Positions 18,348-27,704 of a DNA stretch of 64,000 nucleotides are shown here, piece after piece. The stretch spans positions 2,250 to 66,249 of the forward strand of contig JAZDKF010000026.1 of the NCBI GenBank assembly GCA_043803225.1, given 5' to 3'. This DNA is from Candidatus Beckwithbacteria bacterium. GTDB lineage: Bacteria; Patescibacteriota; Microgenomatia; UBA1400; CG1-02-47-37. The number at the start of each line of letters is the position of its first letter. Position 1 is the first letter of the stretch. Below the pieces are notes generated by a model. That model did not search any database, was not told the origin of the DNA, and saw only the letters and a list, made by a program, of their open reading frames with translations. Made by a program: the position numbers and the translations under genes.

Positions 18348-19365
18348 ACTTTTGAATCTCAAAAATCAGGCATTGGCTTTAATCGATCAAGCCGAAGATA
18401 AGCGTGAGCTGGATCGTTTAAAACTCGATTTATTGGGCCGCCAGGGACAAATCAACCAGATTTTAAAAGACATTCCTAAGCTCGAACCAGAACAGAAACA
18501 AAAACTTGGCCGTTTGGCCAACGAAATCAAAAACACTATTACTCAAGCAATCAATATTAAAGCTCAAGCCTTAAGTCATGCCCCTCAAATAGACTGGCTC
18601 GATGTTACCGCCCCTGGCAAAAACTTTCCTCTAGGCCATCTCCATCCTATTTCTCAAGCGATTAAAGAAATTACTCAAATCTTTACCCAAATTGGCTTTA
18701 CCCGAGTTCGTTATCCGGAAGTAGATTGGGAGTGGTATGTTTTTGAAGCTTTAAATATGCCTGCCAACCACCCGGCCCGGGATGAATGGGAAACCATTTT
18801 TATTGACCAACCTCCTAATTCTAAGCTTGGCCAAATGGTCTTAACCACCCACACTTCCAATGGCCAAGTCCGGGAAATGAAACGAGTTAAACAGCCGCCG
18901 ATCAGAATGCTTAATTTAGGCAAGTGCTACCGCCGCCAGCAAGATGCCACTCATTGCATTATGTTCCACCAGTTTGAAGGTTTAGTCGTTGACAAAAACA
19001 TCAGCATTCCCCACCTTAAAGGTACTCTTGATTACTTTGGCTCCCAGTTTTACGGTCCTAAGATTAAATCCAGAATCCGGCCTTTCCACTTTCAATTTAC
19101 CGAACCATCTTTTGAAGTTGACTTTACCTGCACCAGCTGCAAAGGCAAAGGCTGCCGCTTCTGCAAATCAGGCTGGGTTGAAGTTGGCGGTGCCGGCATG
19201 GTTCATCCGGATGTTTTAACCGCTGGGGAAATTGATCCAAAAGTTTATTCAGGTTTTGCCTTCGGTTGGGGAGTCGAACGGGTCTTACGCCTTAAACCAG
19301 GTTTAAATATTGATGACATCCGTCTGCTTTATTCATCCAATTTAGAATTTTTAAATCAATTTTAA
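18337..19365 (+). CDS. pheS: phenylalanine--tRNA ligase alpha subunit
   Basis: Class II core motifs including FQFTEPSFEVD and GWGVERV. Confidence 0.9.
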   Translation: MESKLLNLKNQALALIDQAEDKRELDRLKLDLLGRQGQINQILKDIPKLEPEQKQKLGRLANEIKNTITQAINIKAQALSHAPQIDWLDVTAPGKNFPLGHLHPISQAIKEITQIFTQIGFTRVRYPEVDWEWYVFEALNMPANHPARDEWETIFIDQPPNSKLGQMVLTTHTSNGQVREMKRVKQPPIRMLNLGKCYRRQQDATHCIMFHQFEGLVVDKNISIPHLKGTLDYFGSQFYGPKIKSRIRPFHFQFTEPSFEVDFTCTSCKGKGCRFCKSGWVEVGGAGMVHPDVLTAGEIDPKVYSGFAFGWGVERVLRLKPGLNIDDIRLLYSSNLEFLNQF

Positions 19366-19367
19366 CT

Positions 19368-21305
19368 ATGAATTTAAAGTTTACCCATTCCTGGCTTTCC
19401 GACTTTCTTTCTACCGATGCCTCTCCTAAACAAATAGCTGAGTGTCTGTCTCTTTGCGGTCCTTCAGTCGAAAAACTTACTCAAATAAAAAATGATTATC
19501 TTTATGAACTGGAAGTGACTACCAACCGTATCGACATGATGAGCGTCTTCGGTATTGCCCGTGAAGCCATGGCTATTCTTCCTCAGTTTGGCTTTAAAGC
19601 CAAACTCTTTCTGCCTGAACTAGCCAAACTAAACTCTCTTAAAAAATCCTTACCGATTAAAATTATTGATAAACAGTCCGCCTGCCGCCGGATTTTAGCT
19701 ATTGTTCTAGATAATGTATCGGTTAAACCCTCATCGCCAAAAATTAAAGCTCGATTAGAAGCCGCCGGAATCCGCTCATTGAATAATCTGGTTGATGTCA
19801 CTAACTATGTCATGACTGAAATCGGTCATCCGACTCATGTTTTTGACTATGACCGACTTCAAACCAAAACTTTAGTCCTCCGTTACTCCCAAAAAGGCGA
19901 GAAAATCACTTCCCTTGAAAATAAAACCTATGCCTTGCCCGGCGATGACATAGTGATTGACGATGGTACCGGCCGGATTATCGACCTTCCCGGGATTATC
20001 GGTACCAGCAATAGTGTTGTAACTGATTCCACTAAAAGAATTTTATTCTTTCTGGAAACTAATGATGCTGTCAAAATCAGACGAACCTCAATGAACTTAG
20101 GCATCCGGACTCTTGCCGCTACTTATAATGAAAAGTGGGTTGATCCGGAAACCGCTCTAACCGCTTTAAAACGGGGAATTCATCTATTCCAAACTTTGGC
20201 TAATGCCCGGATTGCATCGTCGATAATCGATCTTTATCCCCAGCCAATCAAGCCTAAATCTGTCTCAGTTTCTCAACAACTAATCTCAAACCGGTTAGGC
20301 ATTGACTTAACTTCAATCCAGATAATAAATATTCTTAACTCTTTAGGCTTTGAGGTCAATTGCCAACCAAAAACTAAACTTTATTTAATTAAAGTACCGG
20401 CTAATCGGGAAAAAGACATCAACCTTCCTGAAGATATTATTGAAGAAGTTGCCCGGATTTATGGCTATCACCGCCTTCCCAGCTTTATCATGCCCACCGC
20501 TATTCCGACTAACTATCCGGCCACGGATTTCAACCTCGAATACCAACTTAAAACCTGGCTGGCTGGAATTGGGCTAAATGAACTTTATACTAACTCCTTA
20601 ATTTCTGAAACCCTGGCTCTTCAATCAGGCTATAAACTATCACAACACTTAAAAATAAAAAACGCCCTTTCAACCGATTGGCTTTATCTTCGCCGATCAT
20701 TGATTCCCTCCCATCAGCAAGCCTTAAATTCTCATCAACCCACCGACTTTCTGGGATTTTTCGAAATCGCCAATATTTATCAACCTCAAACAAACAAACT
20801 TCCTCTTGAAACTCTTCAATTAATTATTAGTTCAAATAAATCTTACTCTGTTCTCAAAGGCATCCTGGACTTTTTATTTAATAAACTTCATCTTGAAGTT
20901 GAGTTTAAACCCGAAGGAGAAAAAGCCCTTATCTATTACCGCCTGATTTTATTGGGCTCTGTCAACCAAGAGGCTGCTGTTTTGAACCTGGAACCCCTTC
21001 TTGCCTCAGCTAACATCTATCCAACTTATAAACCTGTCTCAGATTTTCCCCCGATTTTCGAAGACCTCACCTTTACTTTGCCTTTAAAAACTTATCTGGG
21101 TTCGGTAATTAAAGCGATTAAATCAGTTCATTCCTTAATTAAAACCGTTAATCTTAACCAGATCTACCATCAAAATTTTACTTTTAATCTCACTTATCAA
21201 TCTCTTGTAAAACCTTTAACCGATCAGAAAATTTCTCCCATCCGCCAAAAAATCGTTACTCTTTTATCCAAACAATTCAAAGCCAAACTCGTCGGCAAAA
21301 TCTAA
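19368..21305 (+). CDS. pheT: phenylalanine--tRNA ligase beta subunit (short form, 645 aa)
   Basis: Lies immediately after pheS. Has B3/B4 and B5 domain-like regions. Confidence 0.8.
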   Translation: MNLKFTHSWLSDFLSTDASPKQIAECLSLCGPSVEKLTQIKNDYLYELEVTTNRIDMMSVFGIAREAMAILPQFGFKAKLFLPELAKLNSLKKSLPIKIIDKQSACRRILAIVLDNVSVKPSSPKIKARLEAAGIRSLNNLVDVTNYVMTEIGHPTHVFDYDRLQTKTLVLRYSQKGEKITSLENKTYALPGDDIVIDDGTGRIIDLPGIIGTSNSVVTDSTKRILFFLETNDAVKIRRTSMNLGIRTLAATYNEKWVDPETALTALKRGIHLFQTLANARIASSIIDLYPQPIKPKSVSVSQQLISNRLGIDLTSIQIINILNSLGFEVNCQPKTKLYLIKVPANREKDINLPEDIIEEVARIYGYHRLPSFIMPTAIPTNYPATDFNLEYQLKTWLAGIGLNELYTNSLISETLALQSGYKLSQHLKIKNALSTDWLYLRRSLIPSHQQALNSHQPTDFLGFFEIANIYQPQTNKLPLETLQLIISSNKSYSVLKGILDFLFNKLHLEVEFKPEGEKALIYYRLILLGSVNQEAAVLNLEPLLASANIYPTYKPVSDFPPIFEDLTFTLPLKTYLGSVIKAIKSVHSLIKTVNLNQIYHQNFTFNLTYQSLVKPLTDQKISPIRQKIVTLLSKQFKAKLVGKI

Positions 21306-23938
21306 GGAGACGGTGATGGGGAAATTAACGGAGAAGGGGAAGGCGATGGTGACGGCGACGGACTTGGCGCCCAATCCCAGACTTGATTCATTCCGATCCT
21401 TATTTCCCGTTCACCCGAATTTCCGGTTTCATCTTCAGCCCGAACCTTTAAAGTATAACTACCTGTACCTAAAGGCTGGGTATATTCATAAGGCTTTTGG
21501 GTTAATTCTTTCTTCTTGACTCCGTCAACAAAAAACTCAACTTTCTTTATCACTTTGTTAGCCGTAATTTTAGCGCTGAATTCAAACTCATCATTGTCAA
21601 TCTGGCTTTTATCTCCCGGACTGGTAATTTCTACATATACTTCATTTGATTCCCCGCAGTATTCCCGAGGATATTTGTATTTACTGTCGCTTTGTTCATT
21701 AATCCAGGCATCAATGCCCTCCTGCCATCGATTCCGGCTGCCTCCGGCCGGATCATCAGCCTTAAGCACCACGAATTCCTTTTCATCATAATCACCCTTA
21801 GCTACCAATGTCACTGAAGCCAGTTTATCCTGGCCTTTACACAGTTTTAACTTAGTATGAATCGGGTCAGCTGTCGACGGCTCCGTGCCTTTAATATAAA
21901 ACTCACTTCTGGACGGCCAGCTGTCATGAGCCGGATAGCCGGAAATTATATCCACATCCAAACTAATTATTCCTTTCGGTACCGCCCAGTCTTGAATTGG
22001 TTGTTTTACCAAAGCTTCTAAAATTATCCTTCTCCAGATCGGCGAGGCTCCGGAAATACCGGAAGCGACTGTTTTCATCGGTGTGTTATCATTATTGCCT
22101 ACCCAAGTCCCGACAATAATCCCCGGCGTCCAGCCAATTGCCCAGTTGTCCCGTTGGTCATTAGTGGTGCCGGTTTTAACTGCCACTGACCGGCCGGAAA
22201 TATTCAACAAGCTATTTACTCCAAAAGTAATCAATCTGGCATTGTTATCCGCTAAAATATCTGAGATTAAAAACGCTTCTTCTTCAGACAGTACCCGTTG
22301 TCTGGTCATTGATCTAGACTCTTCCAATACTTTGCCATCAGCATCTTCAACTTTTAAAATGCTGATCGGCTCCACTTTCAAACCAGTGTTGGCAAAAGCA
22401 CTGTAAGCCGATACCATATCGATTAGTTTGACTTCGCCTCCGCCTAAAGTCACTGACAAGCCAAACCGGTTCACATTTTCCTGGGTAGGCTCTAAAGTCG
22501 TTAAACCCATCTGATAAGCCGTACTCAGCATATCTTTTACTCCCACCAACTGCAGCAATTTTACTGCCGGAATGTTTAACGAACTGCCTAAAGCATACCT
22601 TAACTGCACCGGACCATGAAACTTGCCGTCATAGTTCTTTGGTTTATACTCAGGCAAATTCACTCCTCCGGGAAACTCAGTTAACACATCAGCCAACATG
22701 GTCGCCGGTGAATATCCTTCCTTAAAAGCCGTCACATAAGTTATTGGTTTAATCGCTGACCCAGGTTGTCGCAGCGATAAAGTCACATTGACCTTGCCGT
22801 CATAATCTTCTGCCGAATAGTTTTTAGATCCGACCATGGTTAAGATCTCTCCTGTTTGCGGATCCACTACTAAAGCCGCTCCGTTAGTAATCTGGATCGA
22901 CTCTACTTTAGCAATCTCCTCAGTCACTATTTCCTGGGCTTTTTCCTGCAGCTCCCAATCCAGAGTCGTCGTCACCCTTAAGCCTCCTTGTTCTACCAGT
23001 CTTTCCCCATATCTGTCAATTAATTTCTGTTTTACATACATCACAAAGTGCGGCGCTTTAAAACTCGAGCCTTCGGCCGCAAACTGAACTGTTTCCAGAT
23101 CGGCTATCGCCTGTTTCTCCTGATCCTTGACTATATAGCCATCTTCCCGCATCCGCCTTAAGACTGCTTCGGTTCGATCTTTATAAGCTTGACTGTCAGT
23201 CCCAAAAGGCGAGTAAAGGCTGGGCGCTTGGGGCAATCCGGCTAAAATCGCTGACTCAACTAAATTTAATTCACTCACTTTTTTGCCAAAATATGTTTCT
23301 GCCGCCGCCTCTACTCCCCAGGCAGTCCCGCCGTAAGGAGACTCGTTTAAATACATTTGTAAAATTTCATCTTTAGTATACTTTTTCTCTATCTGAACCG
23401 ACAGCACAAACTCTTTAATCTTCCGGCTGACTGCCCGCTGCTGAGTTAATAAAGTATTTTTTACCAACTGCTGGGTTAAAGTTGATCCGCCGGCTAAACG
23501 TTTGAACCTGAACACGGTATTAAACATTGCCCTGACCCAGCCTAACGGATCAAATCCCTGATGAGAATAGAAATTCTTATCTTCAATCGCAATCGTTGCC
23601 TGTCTTAAAGTTTCCGGGATTTGGTTTAACTCAACCGGAGTTCTGCGTTGATCAGCAAACACATCGTAAAGCAATTCGCCGTTCCGGTCAAAAATCTTGG
23701 TGGAAAATCCTTCACGTCTCACCACTTGATCCGGTCGGGGTAAATCTCGGGAATACCAGGCAAAAGCAATTACCCCAAACAAGCTCATGAATAACAATCC
23801 AAAAAAAGCCACTACTGCCAGTAAACGGATTAAATCCGCCCTGGATCTCACTCGATATTTACTGGAAAATTCTTTTAGTTTGTAAACGCGTCTCCGCCAA
23901 GTTCTTTGCCAATTTGCCATAAATATAATATACTGCAT
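21302..23938 (-). CDS. class A penicillin-binding protein (bifunctional glycosyltransferase/transpeptidase) with C-terminal extension ending in a (Pro-Ser)n tail
   Basis: N-terminal TM segment and GT51 motifs (EDKNFYSHQGFD; RLAGGSTLTQQ). The transpeptidase domain has SAIKP (SxxK) and KTGT motifs. The C-terminus is PSPSPSPSPSPSPLISPSPSP. Confidence 0.88.
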   Translation of the reverse strand: MQYIIFMANWQRTWRRRVYKLKEFSSKYRVRSRADLIRLLAVVAFFGLLFMSLFGVIAFAWYSRDLPRPDQVVRREGFSTKIFDRNGELLYDVFADQRRTPVELNQIPETLRQATIAIEDKNFYSHQGFDPLGWVRAMFNTVFRFKRLAGGSTLTQQLVKNTLLTQQRAVSRKIKEFVLSVQIEKKYTKDEILQMYLNESPYGGTAWGVEAAAETYFGKKVSELNLVESAILAGLPQAPSLYSPFGTDSQAYKDRTEAVLRRMREDGYIVKDQEKQAIADLETVQFAAEGSSFKAPHFVMYVKQKLIDRYGERLVEQGGLRVTTTLDWELQEKAQEIVTEEIAKVESIQITNGAALVVDPQTGEILTMVGSKNYSAEDYDGKVNVTLSLRQPGSAIKPITYVTAFKEGYSPATMLADVLTEFPGGVNLPEYKPKNYDGKFHGPVQLRYALGSSLNIPAVKLLQLVGVKDMLSTAYQMGLTTLEPTQENVNRFGLSVTLGGGEVKLIDMVSAYSAFANTGLKVEPISILKVEDADGKVLEESRSMTRQRVLSEEEAFLISDILADNNARLITFGVNSLLNISGRSVAVKTGTTNDQRDNWAIGWTPGIIVGTWVGNNDNTPMKTVASGISGASPIWRRIILEALVKQPIQDWAVPKGIISLDVDIISGYPAHDSWPSRSEFYIKGTEPSTADPIHTKLKLCKGQDKLASVTLVAKGDYDEKEFVVLKADDPAGGSRNRWQEGIDAWINEQSDSKYKYPREYCGESNEVYVEITSPGDKSQIDNDEFEFSAKITANKVIKKVEFFVDGVKKKELTQKPYEYTQPLGTGSYTLKVRAEDETGNSGEREIRIGMNQVWDWAPSPSPSPSPSPSPLISPSPSP

Positions 23939-23946
23939 TTCAACTT

Positions 23947-24561
23947 ATGAACAAAGAACATAAATTGGATCTTCTTTTAGCTACCTATATTACCGCCATT
24001 GTTGCAGCTGAACTCTTAGGTAGCAAAATTTTTCAAGTCAGTTTTATAAAAGCCTCTGTCGGTATCTTTGTTTTGCCGATTACTTTTACTATCAATGACA
24101 TCGTTACTGAAGTATATGGGAAAAAAAGAGCCAGAAGTTTCATCAAAGCCGGCCTCTATGTTCTAATCGGCTTAGCTGGCTATACTTTAATTTCGATTAA
24201 ACTCCCTCCAGCTAACAGATTTTTACCCTTTCACTCTGCCTATATTGAAATTTTCTCCAAATCTTTACGTATTACCCTTGCCAGCATCACTGCTTTCTTT
24301 TTAAGTGAACGCTTAGACGTCTATATCTTTTCTAAAATCCGTCAGCGTCTCGGCAAAAAGAAACTTTGGTTAAGAAATAACCTCTCAAACTTTCTCGGCC
24401 AACTCTTTGACACGGTTGTATTTATGTTTCTCGCCTTTTACTCAATTGGCAGTTTTAACTTTATTCTGGCTCTCATTTGGCCTTACTGGCTGCTAAAGTG
24501 TACTATGTCAATCATTGAAACTCCGTTTACCTACTTAGGTGTTAAGTGGCTCAAAAAATGA
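23947..24561 (+). CDS. queuosine-precursor transporter (YhhQ/DUF165 family)
   Basis: Six predicted TM segments. The N-terminus SVGIFVLPITFTINDIVTEVYGKKRAR matches the YhhQ family. Confidence 0.65.
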   Translation: MNKEHKLDLLLATYITAIVAAELLGSKIFQVSFIKASVGIFVLPITFTINDIVTEVYGKKRARSFIKAGLYVLIGLAGYTLISIKLPPANRFLPFHSAYIEIFSKSLRITLASITAFFLSERLDVYIFSKIRQRLGKKKLWLRNNLSNFLGQLFDTVVFMFLAFYSIGSFNFILALIWPYWLLKCTMSIIETPFTYLGVKWLKK

Positions 24562-25304
24562 ACTTAAATTCAATAAAAACCTCGCTGGTTAAACCCAAAG
24601 ACGACCTATTCCTGCTTATTAAACGTTCGATTAAATCTATTCCGGAAAACTCAGTTCTGGCGATAACTTCAAAAATCTTTTCTTACTCCCAAAACCGCCT
24701 GGTAAAGAAAATTACCGCAGAAAAGAGCGAAAAACACAACCTGGTTAGGCAGGAAGCTGATTTCTATTTAGATCCTAGCCTGTCCCAATACGATACCATG
24801 TTAACCATAAAAAACAATATTTTAGCTGTCAATGCCGGTATTGATGAGTCAAACGCCGCTAATTTTTATTTGTTGTGGCCTAAAAACCTTCAATCAGCTA
24901 CCAATCAACTCTGGATCAAACTGCGTCGTTATTATCAGCTTAAAAATTTTGGTTTGATTATCACCGACAGTAAAACCACGCCTTTAAAATGGGGCGTTAC
25001 CGGCACCTGTATTGCCCATTGCGGCTTTGCCGCTCTAAATGACTATCGCGGCCGGCCTGACTTGTTTGGCCGCAAAATGAAAATGACTCAGGTTAATGTT
25101 GCCGAAGCCTTAGCCGTTGTTGCTGTTTATGAGATGGGGGAGACTAATCAATCAACCCCGCTTTGTCTGATACAAAGTATTCCCTTTATTAAATTTTCCT
25201 CTCAGCCGCCGACCAAAAAAGAACTGTTCTCTTTAAAAATTTCTCTTGAAGACGACGTTTACGCTCCGCTTTTAACATCAGTCAGCTGGAAAAATACTCG
25301 TTGA
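24546..25304 (+). CDS. CofE-like gamma-glutamyl ligase family protein (F420-0:gamma-glutamyl ligase / putative folate-metabolism ligase fold)
   Basis: Contains the NAGIDESN motif characteristic of CofE-family ligases. Confidence 0.5.
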   Translation: MAQKMNLNSIKTSLVKPKDDLFLLIKRSIKSIPENSVLAITSKIFSYSQNRLVKKITAEKSEKHNLVRQEADFYLDPSLSQYDTMLTIKNNILAVNAGIDESNAANFYLLWPKNLQSATNQLWIKLRRYYQLKNFGLIITDSKTTPLKWGVTGTCIAHCGFAALNDYRGRPDLFGRKMKMTQVNVAEALAVVAVYEMGETNQSTPLCLIQSIPFIKFSSQPPTKKELFSLKISLEDDVYAPLLTSVSWKNTR

Positions 25305-25329
25305 AAAATATCAAAACCTGTGGTATAAT
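25301..25329 (+). promoter_or_regulatory. sigma70-type promoter with extended -10
   Basis: TTGAAA at 25301-25306, a 17-nt spacer, then TGgTATAAT at 25321-25329. It drives the T-box leader. Confidence 0.6.
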
Positions 25330-25335
25330 CAGGCT

Positions 25336-25596
25336 TATTGAAAATTTAACAAAGCGTTAAAAGGAGAACTTTTACACTCCGTCAGCAGAACCGACAAAAT
25401 CGGTTACGGGAGTTCCCGTTACAGAACTAGCGTGTGTCACATTAGCAACCGAGCACGTCAACATGAAGAATTAATTCATTGGTTGACCCGCACTCTTGCG
25501 GGTTTTTATATGGATTAGTTGAATCAAGGTGGTACCGTCTTCTTCCTTGAAGACCCTTGAATGTTCCAATTATTTTGGGATATTCAAGGGTTTTTT
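25336..25596 (+). promoter_or_regulatory. T-box riboswitch leader (tRNA-sensing antiterminator/terminator)
   Basis: Conserved T-box sequence AAUCAAGGUGGUACCG at 25521-25536. The antiterminator is helix A1 UCAAGG(25524-29)/CCUUGA(25555-60), the canonical 7-nt bulge UGGUACC (25530-36), and helix A2 GUCUUC/GAAGAC. A mutually exclusive terminator CCCUUGAAU...AUUCAAGGG (25554-25589) is followed by UUUUUU. A stem III-like hairpin sits at 25488-25507. Confidence 0.8.
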
Positions 25597-25610
25597 ATTA
25601 ACAAATTATC

Positions 25611-25737
25611 AAACTGCCAAGGGTCGCCTTAGGCGACGACTGGTCACGCCGGGACCAATTTTATTAATTAAATTTTAATTTTATTCCGAGCGCTAAAATC
25701 ACCAGTCGGTCGAATTAATCCTCGACCTCTTGGCAGA
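25611..25737 (+). promoter_or_regulatory. unclassified structured 5'-leader element (nested helices) between the T-box terminator and the start codon
   Basis: Closing helix CUGCCAAG(25611-18)/CUUGGCAG(25730-37). Inside are hairpin GUCGCC-UUAG-GGCGAC, helix GACUGGU/ACCAGUC around an AU-rich loop, and hairpin GGUCGA-AUUAAUCC-UCGACC. The RBS AAGGA follows at about 25751. Confidence 0.35.
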
Positions 25738-25764
25738 AAATAATTTATTAATTAAGGAAAAAAT

Positions 25765-26697
25765 ATGACTTTACCTGAAACTCCAAATCAAGTTGGTGAA
25801 GAATTCGCTGCCGGATTAAGGGAAAGTAGCGGTTATGATCAAACTCAAATCCTGATTGAAACAGAAGGAATTACCTCTGAAGTTTTAAACCGAACCCCGC
25901 CGGTGGGATTAAATCTGCGTTTATTAGTTGAAATGCCCATCATGAACGAACTTAAGAAAGAGTTTAAGGAACGGCCAATTCTTGCGGCTATTTTAGGAAT
26001 TGCTATCCCTGACGGAGTTCCGGACTTTCAGCTCTTCTTAAAAACTGCTTTTAATAGTTGCTGGAGTAGTCTTTTTGTCCTGGATATCGATTCTGTTATC
26101 CTTGATGAAGTCAATAGACTGGAACTTCCTGGAGTTATTACTAGAGAAACTGATGCCCGTTTAACTCAAATAGAAACAGATACTTTAGATATAGTTCTTA
26201 TGGACCACCTGGGAAATTGTTGCCCTCCTGTAATTGATAGGCAAATTCAGCAAGAAGCCCATAGAATCCTCAGACCAGGAGGAATAGCTATCGTTAACAT
26301 CACAACATCCGAACTACTTAATCTATCACTGGGAAGAAAAAAACTTCCCTTTAGCCAAGTTAGAGATATCATGGGGAATGACGGAATAAAATCCCTGCAA
26401 ACAGAAATTTATGACTTAGCCCAGTTAAACAGAAAATTTAATACTAATTTTGATTTTATTTTGAGAGGACCTATTCTGGAAATTGAACAGGATTGTCCGG
26501 AGAGCGTGGTAATTTTTGGGGAAAATGAAATCGGTCATGGGGAATGGTTCCGACCGTTAAACGATCATCTGAAGCAATGGAAAACTACATGGGATTGGGA
26601 TTTTGATATCTTAGAAATTAAATCTAGGGAAGGGAATGATAGTCATAACCCGCCATTAAGATGTTTTCGTCATAATATTGTTTTAAGAAAAATATGA
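25765..26697 (+). CDS. hypothetical protein, possible SAM-dependent methyltransferase fold
   Basis: 310 aa. The motif ILRPGGIAIV resembles MTase motif post-II. First gene downstream of the T-box. Confidence 0.35.
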   Translation: MTLPETPNQVGEEFAAGLRESSGYDQTQILIETEGITSEVLNRTPPVGLNLRLLVEMPIMNELKKEFKERPILAAILGIAIPDGVPDFQLFLKTAFNSCWSSLFVLDIDSVILDEVNRLELPGVITRETDARLTQIETDTLDIVLMDHLGNCCPPVIDRQIQQEAHRILRPGGIAIVNITTSELLNLSLGRKKLPFSQVRDIMGNDGIKSLQTEIYDLAQLNRKFNTNFDFILRGPILEIEQDCPESVVIFGENEIGHGEWFRPLNDHLKQWKTTWDWDFDILEIKSREGNDSHNPPLRCFRHNIVLRKI

Positions 26698-27695
26698 TCA
26701 ATCTTCAACCTTTAATTACCCCAATAATTTTATCTACTACTATGGCTCAAAAAAATCCGGAGCAAGGTGGTTACGGCCGCGTAGATAACCCTACTAGATT
26801 AGCTCTCGAAAAAAAATTAGCTAAACTTGAAAAAGCCAGATTTGCTCTGGCATTTTCCTCAGGATCTGCCGCAATTACTAATATTTTAGCAATATTAAAA
26901 TCTGGAGACGAAATTATTTGCCACCAAGAAGTTTATGAAGGCACTTTAAGGCTCTTGACAAAGGTTTTTTCTAAATTTGGCGTAAAAGTTAAATTAACCG
27001 ACATTTGTAAATTAAAATCGGTTGGTAATAAAACAAGAATAATTTGGTTCGAAAATATTACTAATCCAACCCTACAAATTCTTGATGTTAAACAAATCTG
27101 CCGAAAACTTAAACAAAAAAAATTACTATTTGTCGTTGACAACACCTTTGCCACGCCCGTTTTCCAAAATCCACTCTTATCAGGTGCTGACATTGTTATT
27201 CATAGTTTAACTAAATTTATTAATGGCCATCATGATGTTACTGCCGGAGCCATCATGTTAAACAACAGAAAATTATTTGATCAACTAAAATTTTTACAAC
27301 ATACTGTCGGCGCTATACCATCTCCCTTTGATTGCTTCTTAATTCAAAGAAGTTTGGAAACCTTAATTATCAGAATGAAACAGCATCAAGCCAATGCTCA
27401 AAAAGTTACTGATTTTTTAAAAACCGACTCTCATATTTTCAGAATTTCTTTTCCTGGATTTTCCGGAGTTGTCTCCTTTTGGATAAAAGGCGGAAAGCAA
27501 AAAACCCTGAAATTTCTCGCCAGACTAAAACATATTAAAATCGCCCATAGTCTTGGTGGAACTGAATCAACCATTTTACATCCTGCCTCAATGATGAATC
27601 TATCTGTTCCCATGGAGGATAACTTAGTCCGGCTTTCTGTTGGTTTAGAAGATTCAAATCTAATCATTAATGACTTAAAGCTGGCTTTGCGCTAA
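26694..27695 (+). CDS. Cys/Met-metabolism PLP-dependent enzyme (cystathionine gamma-synthase/lyase family, short 333 aa)
   Basis: Contains the conserved PLP-lysine region HSLTKFINGHHDVTAGAI (S-x-T-K) and the FALAFSSGSAA region. Confidence 0.7.
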   Translation: MINLQPLITPIILSTTMAQKNPEQGGYGRVDNPTRLALEKKLAKLEKARFALAFSSGSAAITNILAILKSGDEIICHQEVYEGTLRLLTKVFSKFGVKVKLTDICKLKSVGNKTRIIWFENITNPTLQILDVKQICRKLKQKKLLFVVDNTFATPVFQNPLLSGADIVIHSLTKFINGHHDVTAGAIMLNNRKLFDQLKFLQHTVGAIPSPFDCFLIQRSLETLIIRMKQHQANAQKVTDFLKTDSHIFRISFPGFSGVVSFWIKGGKQKTLKFLARLKHIKIAHSLGGTESTILHPASMMNLSVPMEDNLVRLSVGLEDSNLIINDLKLALR

Positions 27696-27704
27696 AATAA
27701 ATTT

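Noticed and set aside
25336-25515. Stand-alone small RNA (about 175 nt, 6S- or SRP-like) transcribed from the strong promoter and ending at hairpin GACCCGCACUCUUGCGGGUUUUUAU
   Set aside because: The downstream sequence contains an unmistakable T-box motif with its antiterminator and terminator, so the hairpin at 25488-25507 is better explained as T-box stem III. No SRP domain-IV or 6S central-bubble features were seen. A processed sRNA is not excluded.
25611-25737. SAM-I or SAM-II riboswitch identity for the second leader element
   Set aside because: It lacks the SAM-I conserved GAGGGA / kink-turn / GGUGC features and the SAM-II pseudoknot consensus as far as I can recall them. Left as unclassified.
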